Shown piece by piece: positions 23,465 through 34,175 of a stretch of 64,000 bases of DNA (position 1 is the first letter of the stretch; every line of letters starts with the position of its first letter). The notes beneath the pieces were generated by a model. That model ran no database searches. It was not told the DNA's origin and was given only the letters and a program-made list of their open reading frames with translations. Position numbers and translations under genes: made by a program. The stretch comes from Cetorhinus maximus (Eukaryota): NCBI RefSeq assembly GCF_964194155.1, contig NC_135914.1, positions 6,014,001-6,078,000 of the forward strand, given 5' to 3'.

Positions 23465-25489
23465 TCCCAGGCCATGCTCAGCAAGAAGGTTGATAGCAGC
23501 AGGGGACAGCAGCCCTCGCTGCAGTACGAGGAGAGACAGTCTGTCCGAATGTCCTGTGTGTATATAGATTCTCCTTTGAAAATTGCACTGTGGGTGTTGC
23601 ATCCCACGCACCCCCTGTAAATATCATAGTATTTAACGCTGTACAATGTGGCAAAGAGTGGGAGTGTGTAACTGTGTAAGATACAAAGCAGATAAATGGC
23701 CTGGAAGAGGAAATATTTTTTACAGTTGGAATATATGATCCAGTCTGAGAGTTTGGGATGGGGGTGTGTTTGTGTTTGTGTGTGTGTGTGTGTGTGTGAG
23801 GTCAGATAGCTGGATCGCCACATACTCTGACAAACTGGCTGCAGTCTGTGTGTTATTAACTCTTTGACAGCCACAAAAGGTGATTTTTAGATTGTGGTCT
23901 GTCCTAGTTTGTTTTTAAATTATTCTGTTCTTAGGTTGGACATTGTCGAATCACCGGTGTCAGATCCAGGCTTTGGGAGAGAGGGGAGGGGAGGGGAGCT
24001 GGTGTGGTTCCTGTCCTGGGGCGGGGTGCACTCTGTGGGAGAGGGGAAATGAACTACACCTCAGTTCCATCTCACCTATCTTTACTCCACGACTTTTGAT
24101 ACCCTTAGCCAATTAAAAACCTATCCACCTCAGTCTGGCTGATCCCCAGGGAGACAATTCCGGACTTCCACTCTCCATTGTGTGAAAAACTGCTTCCTGA
24201 CATTGCCCCTGAATAACCTGGCTCTCATTTTAACCTTCTGCCCTGTGACTCTGGACACTCAGCCCCCAATTTCCAACCCCCCCACCCAACCAAATGCATT
24301 CCCCGATATCCTCACCAACCCTACCCCTTTATTCTCCAGTCCCCAGGGTGGCTTTCAGTCCAGGCAGCATTCGGGGTGTGAGAGTGGAAGCCTCCCACGG
24401 TGATGTGGAACTGACCCATTCCCCCCCCAGGCCATGTCAGCCAGGGGGAAGGATTTTGCAGGGCACCTGTCTCAATGTTAAGGCGCACTGTGCTTTGCTG
24501 TCCTCATTGGCACTTTATAGACTTAGTTATTTTAATTTTTTATTTTGTTTCAGAAGGTGCTAGTCTATATTTGGAATTTAGGTTCTGCTGCTGGTTCTGG
24601 GCCTCCAGAATGTCTTGGAAAGAGGTGTCTGTCGGTCGGTCGGTCGGTCTGTCTCCTTGTGTGTGTGTCCCGGGGCTGAGTGTCGAGCTGGTGGGGGAAT
24701 GACACAGGCAGGAATCCAATCCTCACTGCATGGTTATCCCAGGCCTTGGGGAGGAAGAAATAAGGCTAATCCCTGGAGACCAGCATCAAGCTGTGGTAGG
24801 GCTGACGGAGAGCGGGGAGAAGGGCCTTTAGAGACTCCGGCTGTGAAGGGTGGGTGGACCCAGTGAGACCAGGCTGCATGAAGGGGCATCTCTGTCCATT
24901 TGGCATCCATATGGGGCTTGTGCCCGTGCATGACAGAGACATGAAGTTCAGCAGATACTCTGACATTTCAATGTTTAACATGCTTCCTGTGAGAGGCATC
25001 TGACTACTGCAAACAGTATTTATTTCTGCAAAAAGCCATGTTAGTGCTGCTGTTATTAATGGTGTAAATATTTCCTGAGCTGACACACTGCTGTCAGAGT
25101 GAGTACGAGCGAGTGTGTGTGGGGGTGTATGTGGGGGTGGTTGGTGAGTAAACAGCCACAGATACCAGGCCCGGCCACTGCCCCTGGGGAGATCACCTGC
25201 CCAGACTGCTGTTTGCACTTAACATTCGGACTCTCCGTGTCCCATCCCATCCCATCCCATTCCATCCCTTGGGATCTGTCCCATGAGTGATCAAAGCAGA
25301 CACACCAGCACAGTTCACAGCACAAGGTGGTTACAGATGAGGGAGGCCATTCAGCCCATCTTCCTTCAATCATCCATCAACATGCTGAAGCCACTGTTTA
25401 AATGATCTCGGGTCGTACTGTGGGCGTTTAGGGTCGTCCCTATTTACAGGCTGTGCCCTTTGGGTTTTGGACTAGATGAGCAGTGGTCC

Positions 25490-26165
25490 TCACCCCCTTC
25501 CCTCCCCTCACCCCACTCACCCCCCCCTTCCCCTCCACACTCACCCCCCCCTTCCCCTCCACACTCACCCCCCCCTTCCCCTCCACACTCACCCCCCCTT
25601 CCCCTCCACACTCACCCCCCCTTCCCCTCCACACTCACCCCCCCTTCCCCTCCACACTCACCCCCCCTTCCCCTCCACACTTACCCCCCCCTTCCCCTCC
25701 ACACTCACCCCCCCCTTCCCCTCCACACTCACCCCCCCTTCCCCTCCACACTCACCCCCCCTTCCCCTCCACACTCACCCCCCCTTCCCCTCCACACTCA
25801 CCCCCCCTTCCCCTCCACACTTACCCCCCCCTTCCCCTCCACACTCACCCCCCCCTTCCCCTCCACACTCACCCCCCCTTCCCCTCCACACTCACCCCCC
25901 CCTTCCCCTCCACACTCACCCCCCCCTTCCCCTCCACACTCACCCCCCCTTCCCCTCCACACTCACCCCCCCTTCCCCTCCACACTCACCCCCCCCTTCC
26001 CCTCCACACTCACCCCCCCTTCCCCTCCACACTCACCCCCCCCCTTCCCCTCCACACACTCCCCCCCCTTCCCCTCCACACTCACCCCCCCCTTCCCCTC
26101 CACACTCACCCCCCCCTTCCCCTCCACACTCACCCCCCCCTTCCCCTCCACACTCACCCCCCCTT
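25490..26165. repeat. ~25-bp C-rich minisatellite (ccccttcccctccacactcacccc)
   Basis: Tandem units; G4-prone on the minus strand. Confidence 0.95.
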
Positions 26166-26504
26166 CCGCGTGCACCCCTGCATCCCTCTGAAAAAGGGAT
26201 CTATCCATTTACATAGAAATGTGAGGCTGTGAGGGGCTTCTGTCTTCCACAAGGCCCAGGACAGCTCCAGGTTCCTGTCCCAGTGATTGGATTGCAGTCA
26301 GGCTGGGAGGATTGCCTGCGGTGGGGCCCCTGCGTCAAGCAGAGGGAACAATCCGTCGGGTTTCCTGCTCCTGCTGTATGAGCAGTGACTCCTCCTGGAC
26401 ACCGTGAGTAAAGATCGGATTATCCCAGTCATAAAGCATTAACACAATCAGATCCTAGCAGTGCTTTCTGTCCAGACACATGACAGAGAGAGACTGCAGA
26501 ATGA

Positions 26505-27110
26505 CTGGTACCCGAGAGTCAGCACCTTCAGGAGAGGAGGGGGACCCGTACCCCAGTGAGAGTCAGCACCTTCAGGAGAGGAGGGGACCCTGTACCCCAG
26601 TGAGAGTCAGCACCTTCAGGAGAGGAGGGGACCCGTACCCCAGTGAGAGTCAGCACCTTCAGGAGAGGAGGGGACCCGTACCCCAGTGAGAGTCAGCACC
26701 TTCAGGAGAGAAGGGGGACCCCGTACCCCAGTGAGAGTCAGCACCTTCAGGAGAGGAGGGGGACCTGTACCCCAGTGAGAGTCAGCACCTTCAGGAGAGG
26801 AGGGGGACCTGTACCCCAGTGAGAGTCAGCACCTTCAGGAGAGGAGGGGGACCTGTACCCCAGTGAGAGTCAGCACCTTCAGGAGAGGAGGGGACCCGTA
26901 CCCCAGTGAGAGTCAGCACCTTCAGGAGAGGAGGGGACCCGTACCCCAGTGAGAGTCAGCACCTTCAGGAGAGGAGGGGACCCGTACCCCAGTGAGAGTC
27001 AGCACCTTCGGGAGAGGAGGGGACCCGTACCCCAGTGAGAGTCAGCACCTTCAGGAGAGGAGGGGACCCGTACCCCAGTGAGAGTCAGCACCTTCGGGAG
27101 AGGAGGGGGA
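26505..27110. repeat. 43-45 bp minisatellite, reverse complement of the array at 1-410
   Basis: gtaccccagtgagagtcagcaccttcaggagaggaggggacc units. Confidence 0.95.
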
Positions 27111-27269
27111 ATTAATTTTAATGTAGAATTCTTTCAAATGAGGGAGTGGGAAATTGTGTTTAATGGTCCTTTTGAAGGACAGTAAGCAGGTTATAGATTG
27201 ACAAAACTGCCCCGAATAGGAAAAGTTAGACAATCACAGCTGTGGGAATTTTAACTGAGCCCAGGAAAC

Positions 27270-28480
27270 AGTGTCCTGGACACACTGGCTGGAGGGGTCT
27301 GGTCTACAGTGTCCTGGACACACTGGCTGGAGGGGTCTGGTCTACAGTATCCTGGACACACTGGCTGGGAGGGTCAGATATACAGTGTCCTAAACACTTG
27401 CTCAGGGGAGGGTATAGTGTGTCTCTGGCACTCACTCAGGTGAGAGAGGGGTGGTGACTAGTATAGCCTGTCCCAGGCACCATTACTGGGGCTGTGTCTG
27501 GTATATGGTGTCCTGGGCACTGCCTGGGTGGGGTGGTGGTGTCTGGTATACAGTGTCCTGGGCATTCACTGGGAGGGAGGTGTCTGGTATACAGTGTGCT
27601 GGGCACTCTCTGGGAGGGAGGAGGTGTCTGGTATACAGTGTGCTGGGCACTCACTGGGACGGTGGTGGTGTCTGGTATACAGTGTGCTGGGCACTCACTG
27701 GGAGGGAGGTGTCTGGTATACAGTGTGCTGGGCACTCTCTGGGAGGGAGGAGGTGTCTGGTATACAGTGTGCTGGGCACTCACTGGGAGGGAGGAGGTGT
27801 CTGTTAAACAGTGCCCTGGGCACTCACTGGGACGGTGGTGGTGTCTGGTATACAGTGTGCTGGGCACTCACTGGGACGGTGGTGGTGTCTGGTATACAGT
27901 GTGCTGGGCACTCACTGGGAGGGAGGAGGTGTCTGGTATACAGTGTGCTGGGCACTCACTGGGAGGGAGGAGGTGTCTGGTATACAGTGTGCTGGGCACT
28001 CACTGGGAGGGAGGAGGTGTCTGGTATACAGTGTGCTGGGCACTCACTGGGACGGTGGTGGTGTCTGGTATACAGTGTGCTGGGCACTCACTGGGAGGGA
28101 GGAGGTGTCTAGTATACAGTGTGCTGGGCACTCACTGGGACGGTGGTGGTGTCTGGTATAGAGTGTGCTGGGCACTCACTGGGAGGGAGGAGGTGTCTGT
28201 TAAACAGTGCCCTGGGCACTCACTGGGACGGTGGTGGTGTCTGGTATACAGTGTGCTGGGCACTCACTGGGACAGTGGTGGTGTCTGGTATACAGTGTGC
28301 TGGGCACTCACTGGGAGGGAGGAGGTCTGGTATACAGTGCCCTGGGCACTCACTGGGAGGGAGGAGGTCTGGTATACAGTGCCCTGGGCACTCACTTGCA
28401 GGGAGAAGGTCTGTTGTACAGTGCCCTGGGCACTCACTGGGAGGAAGGAGGTGTCTGTTATACAGTGCCCTGGGCACTCT
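27270..28480. repeat. 45-48 bp minisatellite (gtctggtatacagtgtgctgggcactcactgggagggaggaggt)
   Basis: More than 20 tandem units. Confidence 0.93.
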
Positions 28481-28648
28481 GAATTGCACTGTGCAATGTT
28501 CCCTTTGTTCTGTTTTACCTGTGAAATTGCTGAATGATCAGCTTTACTGTACAAATCTATTTGCTGATCAGTAAAACCTGGACATTGTGAGCAACTCCTG
28601 TCTCTGTCTCTACCTTATCAATTTTCTTCCTCCAAAAGACATCACCTC

Positions 28649-29422
28649 GACAGTGCAACATTCATTCAGTACTGACCCTCCGACAGTGCGGCACTCCCTC
28701 AGTACTGACCCTCCCACAGTGCAACATTCATTCAGTACTGACCCTCCGACAGTGCGGCACTCCCTCAGTACTGACCCTCCCACAGTGCGGCACTCCCTCA
28801 GTACTGACCCTCCGACAGTGCGGTGCTCCCTCAGTACTGACCCTCCGACAGTGCGGCGCTCCCTCAGTACTGACCCTCAGACAGTGCGGCGCTCCCTCAG
28901 TACTGACCCTCCGACAGTGCGGCGCTCCCTCAGTACTGACCCTCCCACAGTGCGGCGCTCCCTCAGTACTGACCCTCCGACAGTGCGGCACTCCCTCAGT
29001 ACTGACCCTCCGACAGTGCGGCGCTCCCTCAGTACTGACCCTCCGACAGTGCGGCGCTCCCTCAGCACTGACCCTCCGACAGTGCGGCGCTCCCTCAGCA
29101 CTGACCCTCCGACAGTGCGGCGCTCCCTCAGCACTGACCCTCCGACAGTGCGGCGCTCCCTCAGCACTGACCCTCCGACAGTGCGGCGCTCCCTCAGCAC
29201 TGACCCTCCGACAGTGCGGCGCTCCCTCAGCACTGACCCTCCGACAGTGCGGCGCTCCCTCAGCACTGACCCTCCGACAGTGCGGCGCTCCCTCAGCACT
29301 GACCCTCCGACAGTGCGGCGCTCCCTCAGTACTGACCTTCCGACAGTGCGGCGCTCCCTCAGCACTGACCCACCGACAGTGCGGCGCTCCCTCAGCACTG
29401 ACCCACCGACAGTGCGGCGCTC
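28649..29422 (-). repeat. 33-bp SINE-derived minisatellite (cagtactgaccctccgacagtgcggcgctccct) upstream of the PMF1 promoter
   Basis: About 23 units; the unit is a sub-sequence of the SINE at 62901-63850. Confidence 0.93.
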
Positions 29423-29479
29423 CGCCGGTAGTGCTCGGGATGACGCTGCTGCTTTGCCGGTTCCCATGACAGCGGCTCT

Positions 29480-29910
29480 GACCAATCAGCTGCTATCTTT
29501 AAAAGCAAAATCCTGCGGACGCTGGAAAAACTCAGCGGGTCCGACACGGGCTCTCATTGCGGATCCCACATCTTTACCCTCGTTTTTCCAGCATTTCCCG
29601 CCGGGTTTTATTTTAACTCCTTCGCACTTTTTGAATTAACGGTGCCCGAGCCAGGGGGAGCCAATCAGCGAATCCGAAACAAACAACCAGTGAATCGGTT
29701 TGAGTCTCAGTTTCGCCTCCCTTGATTGGCGTAGGCCCGGTCCTTTAGTTGATTGACTCCTGTTTTTGCCAATCAGCGCATAGGGCTCACCGCCAATCAA
29801 AACACCAGAAGAGGCAGTTCCTAGAATGATGGACAGGAATGTGAGCCAATCAGCTGTGAAGGGGTTGGTCCGAGAGCTTGAAGTGCGCCAGGAATATTTT
29901 GGCGGGAAGA
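29480..29910 (+). promoter_or_regulatory. PMF1 promoter: clustered CCAAT boxes, E2F-like sites, CHR-like hexamer
   Basis: CCAAT at 29482, 29661, 29769, 29793, 29846 and ATTGG at 29725; TTTCCCGCC 29594; CTTGAA 29877; TTTTGGCGGGAA 29897; CpG-rich, directly 5' of the ATG. Confidence 0.75.
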
Positions 29911-30509
29911 ATGGAGGCTGAGGCTCGAGAGCCCGTGGAGAGCGGGGGCGGGGAACCCGGGGCTCAGGCCGACACCGGGGGGACCGAGCCCGGTCCCGGG
30001 GCTCAGGGAGATACCGGGGGGACCGAGCCCGGTCCCGGGGCTCAGGGAGACACCGGGGGGGCCGTGCCCGGTCCCGGGGCTCAGGGAGACACCGGGGGGG
30101 CCGTGCCCGGTCCCGGGGCTCAGGGAGACCCCGGGGGGGCCGAGCCCGGTCCCGGGGCTCAGGGAGACCCCGGGGGGGCCGAGCCCGGTCCCGGGGCTCA
30201 GGGAGACCCCGGGGGGGCCGATCCCGGGGCTCAGGGAGACCCCGGGGGGGCCGATCCCGGGGCTCAGGGAGACCCCGGGGGGGCCGAGCCCGGTCCCGGG
30301 GCTCAGGCCGATGCCGGGCAGACCGAGCCCGATCCCGGGGCTCAGGCCGACACCGAGGGGAGCGGAGCAGGGCAGCCGCTGCCCGCAGACCTGGACATAT
30401 CGGCCGGCTCCGGGGGAGAAGCCGCGCTTCAGGCTGAGGGGTCGAAGCGGCTGAAACTGTTCTCGGCGGCGATGGAAACAACCGTGGAGAAGCTTCTGGA
30501 AACGGCCAG
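29911..30509 (+). CDS. PMF1: PMF1 exon 1 (MEAEAREP...[GPGAQGDPGGAEP]n...SKRLKLFSAAMETTVEKLLETA)
   Basis: ATG in good context (agaATGg), donor AG|gtaacg, 599 nt; C-terminal part aligns with human SRVKLLDTMVDTFLQKLVAAG. Confidence 0.85.
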
Positions 30510-30554
30510 GTAACGGCAAACGGGACTGGCTCTGTCTGATCCCATTATAAACTC

Positions 30555-31350
30555 GGCACTGACCCTCCGACAGTGCGGCACTCCCTCAGTACTGACCCTC
30601 CGACAGTGCGGCGCTCCCTCAGTACTGACCCTCCGACAGTGCGGCGCTCCCTCAGTACTGACCCTCCGACAGTGCGGCGCTCCCTCAGTACTGACCCTCC
30701 GACAGTGCGGCGCTCCCTCAGTACTGACCCTCCGACAGTCCGGCGCTCCCTCAGTACTGACCCTCCGACAGTGCGGCGCTCCCTCAGCACTGACCCTCCG
30801 ACAGTGCGGCGCTCCCTCAGCACTGACCCTCCGACAGTGCGGCGCTCCCTCAGCACTGACCCTCCGACAGTGCGGCGCTCCCTCAGCACTGACCCTCCGA
30901 CAGTGCGGCACTCCCTCAGTACTGACCCTCCGACAGTGCGGCGCTCCCTCAGTACTGACCCTCCGACAGTGCGGCGCTCCCTCAGTACTGACCCTCCGAC
31001 AGTCCGGCGCTCCCTCAGCACTGACCCTCCGACAGTGCGGCACTCCCTCAGCACTGACCCTCCGACAGTGCGGCACTCCCTCAGTACTGACCCTCCGACA
31101 GTGCAGCACTCCCTCAGCACTGACCCTCCGACAGTGCGGCACTCCCTCAGTGCTGACCCTCCGACAGTGCGGCGCTCCCTCAGTACTGACCCTCCGACAG
31201 TGCGGCGCTCCCTCAGTACTGACCCTCCGACAGTGCGGCGCTACCTCAGTACTGACCCTCCGACAGTGCGGCGCTCCCTCAGCACTGACCCTCCGACAGT
31301 GCGGCGCTCCCTCAGTACTGACGCTCCGACAGCGCTGCATTCCCTCGGCA
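30555..31350 (-). repeat. 33-bp SINE-derived minisatellite in PMF1 intron 1
   Basis: About 23 units of the same family as 28649-29422. Confidence 0.93.
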
Positions 31351-31863
31351 CTGCCACTCTGTCCTGCCACTGGGACAGGATATATCCAGGGATGGTGGTG
31401 GTGGTGGTGTCATGGTCTTGGTCACACTGATGGTACCATACCTTACAGACTGTGTCAGGCTGCAGCTTGACTTGTCTGTGGGACAGTTCTTCCATTTCTG
31501 GCACAAGCCGTCATATGTTAGTAAAGAGGATGGTCCATCCGGTTTCATTCCTTATTGACTTTCCAGTGATTTTGATGCAGCTGAGTGGATCGCTAGCCCG
31601 TTTCAGATGGTAGTTAAATGTCATCCACACTGCTGTGTTTCTGGAGTCACATGTAGGCCAGACCAGGTAAGGACAGGATTCCCTCCCTAAAGGACATGAG
31701 TGAACCGGATGGGTTTTTATGACAGTTGACAATGGTTTCACGGTCATCATCAGACTTTTCATTCCAGATGTTTTTATTGAATTTAAATTCCGTCTGCCAT
31801 GACGGGTCTCAAACCTAGGACCCCCCTACTAGTCCAGTGGCAATACCATTACGCCGCCACCTC
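31350..31863 (-). mobile_element. Degenerate 5' end of the tRNA-headed LINE (head + start of APE domain)
   Basis: Reverse complement collinear with 58384-58990, including TTTIPGYILSQWQDR. Confidence 0.75.
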
Positions 31864-32538
31864 ACCTTGCCCTTTTCCTCCCTCTCACTTTCAGTCACTC
31901 AGACTCCGCTCAAATGTTCATGATCCATGTGGTTCTGAGGACGCCCCAGCGGTCAGTCAGACCTCACTGGACATGGGGTGATATAAATTAAACAATACTT
32001 AGCCTCTGGCGTCTACTGTCCGCGGGGACTTCCCTTTAAGCAGAGCCATCAAGTGAATCCTGCTTGTGACAGCAAGTTGCTGTGGATAAAAAACACTGAG
32101 ACTTTGGTTCACCGAAGCACTCATCTCCAGACTAGTAAAGTTTCCTACTTTCAGCTTATCCAGACTCAGTGATTTTTCTCCACAAGATTCAAACCCATGG
32201 CTTTTGGTCAGTGCTGAGTGAGTACCTCAGAGATGTTGCTGAATAACACTGGGCTGTTCAAACATTAATTCCTGGGTTATGGGCATCACTTACTAAGACA
32301 GGGAGCAGCTGTGTATCCTTCCTGAGCTCTTTAGTTGTCTCAGTATCCCAAATTGGATTGTTAATTGACCTTAGACACCCTGAGGTCAATTAAATGGTGA
32401 CTCCTGTTAATTCAGCTTCTACATTTTGAAATGACAGATTACTTTAATGTGCATATTTGAGTTTCTCACAGAAGATTGCCTAATGGGTGTGTTTTATTAA
32501 TTGTGGACATATTCTTGTGGTGTTCTTCCCTCCTACAG

Positions 32539-32644
32539 CTTTGACAGATTCGCTGAGTGCTTTAAACCTGTTTATAAGGTTCAGCCACAGTTCATGCATA
32601 GTGTCTACAAGCAGCTCATCTCCCAGCTCCAGACCTCAATTCAG
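32539..32644 (+). CDS. PMF1: PMF1 exon 2 FDRFAECFKPVYKVQPQFMHSVYKQLISQLQTSIQ
   Basis: ctacag| and |gtgagc, 106 nt; human YQRFTDCYKCFYQLQPAMTQQIYDKFIAQLQTSIR. Confidence 0.93.
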
Positions 32645-33554
32645 GTGAGCAGTGAGGAGCCCTGTCTGTTAAAATCCCTGGCTCCTGTCAGGCTGGTTAA
32701 TTGATTAATAATTGGCTAGAATTGGTCCCTGTGGAAGGACAGGAAACTCTTTCGAGTTATCAACAGTCACAGATTGCAACTCTTTCGAGTACAATCACAG
32801 TTCTTGGTTTTCCGGGAGTGGGACATGAACCCACAACTCTCTGATTCAAAGGCGAGGGTGCTATGGACTGAGCCACAGCTGACACCTCGGAAGGACAGGA
32901 AGAGTGGCCCTAATTAGAATGCCCTTTCAAAAAGCCAGCCTAAGCTTGATGGGCCAAATTGCTGCCTTCAGTGCTATTTGGTTCTAAGTAATAGATCTCA
33001 GTTCTGTTTGGCTGTCTTTAGGCTCTGAATCCTCCTCTTCACTGACACTTTTTCAACCTTTGGTTACCTCAGTCCAAATCTCTGTGACTTCCGACCTAAA
33101 CCTGGTCACCACTAATCCCAAAATCTGTCCATTAGACCATGAATTCCATCATCCTCCCAGCTCAGTGTCTGCTCTTCCTTCTCTGTGAATGGTTCTGGGA
33201 GGTTTCTCCACATTGAAAAACATTAGAAACTCCCATTTCTCTGTGTGTTGTGCAAACGGATTTAATCAACGGCTTTCAACTACAACAACTTGCATTTATA
33301 TAGAGTTTTTGATGTAGCAAAACATCTCCAGGTGCATCATAGGTGTCTTATCAAACAAGGTTTGACATCTAGACACATAAGGAATCATTAGGGACAGGTG
33401 ACCAAAAGTTTGGCCAGTCTGTCTCAAGGAGTATATTAAAGGTGGAGAGAGACACAAAGAGGTTTCGGGAGTGAATTCCAGAACTTAGGGGCAGCTCAGC
33501 AGAAGGCATGGCCACCATTGGTGGAGCACTGGAAATTGGGAATGCATGTGTGTC

Positions 33555-33921
33555 TTTTTTATTCCTTCATGGGTTGTGGGAATCACTGGCTAGGCCAGCA
33601 TTTATTGCCCATCCCTTTTTGACCTTGTTCAGAGGGCATTTAAGAGTCAACCGCATTGCTGTGGATCTGGATTCACATGTAGGCCAGACCAGGTAAGGAC
33701 AGCAGATTTCCTTCCCTAAAGGACATTAGTGAGTCAGACGGGTTTTTATGACAATCGGCAATAGTTTCGTGGTCATCATCAGACTTTTAATTCCAGATTT
33801 TTTTATTGAATTCAAATTTCACAATCTGCTATGGTGGGATTCAAACCCAGGGCCCTAGAGCATTTACCCTGGGTCTCTGGAATACCAGTCCAGTGACAAT
33901 ACTGCTATGCCACTGCCTCCC
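33555..33921 (-). mobile_element. tRNA-headed SINE sharing head and tail with the LINE at 58384-61622; inserted in an L2-like fragment (33280-34170)
   Basis: Box A-like TGGCATAGCAG (33902-33912 rc) and box B-like GGTTTGAATCC (33837-33847 rc); tail gggatgggcaataaatgctggcc as in the LINE 3' end. Confidence 0.8.
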
Positions 33922-34175
33922 AAGTTGGAGAAGCGCAGGGATCTCAGAGGGTTGAAGAGCTGGAGAAGATAGGGAGGGTTCTAGCTGATGGAGGAAGTTA
34001 CAGAGGTAGGGTTGCAGGGGCTGGAGGAGGTTCCAGAGGTACGGTTGCAGGGGCTGGAGGAGGTTACAGAGGTAGGGAGGGGTGTAGGTGTTGGAGGAGG
34101 TTACAGAGATAGGGAGGGTCATAGGGGCTGGAGGAGGTTACAGAGATAGGGAGGGTCATGGGGGCTGAAGGTGCT

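Noticed and set aside
29953-30365. Collagen-like reading of the PMF1 repeat
   Set aside because: The Gly-X-Y register breaks every 3-4 triplets, there is no signal peptide, and the exon splices into PMF1
28587-31430. STDPPTVRRSL repeat ORFs resembling a mucin or adhesin
   Set aside because: 33-bp SINE-derived minisatellite found at four loci in both orientations
33837-33921. Possible tRNA genes at SINE/LINE heads (also 58384 and 62901)
   Set aside because: Only box A/B-like motifs; no complete cloverleaf, and each continues into repeat body
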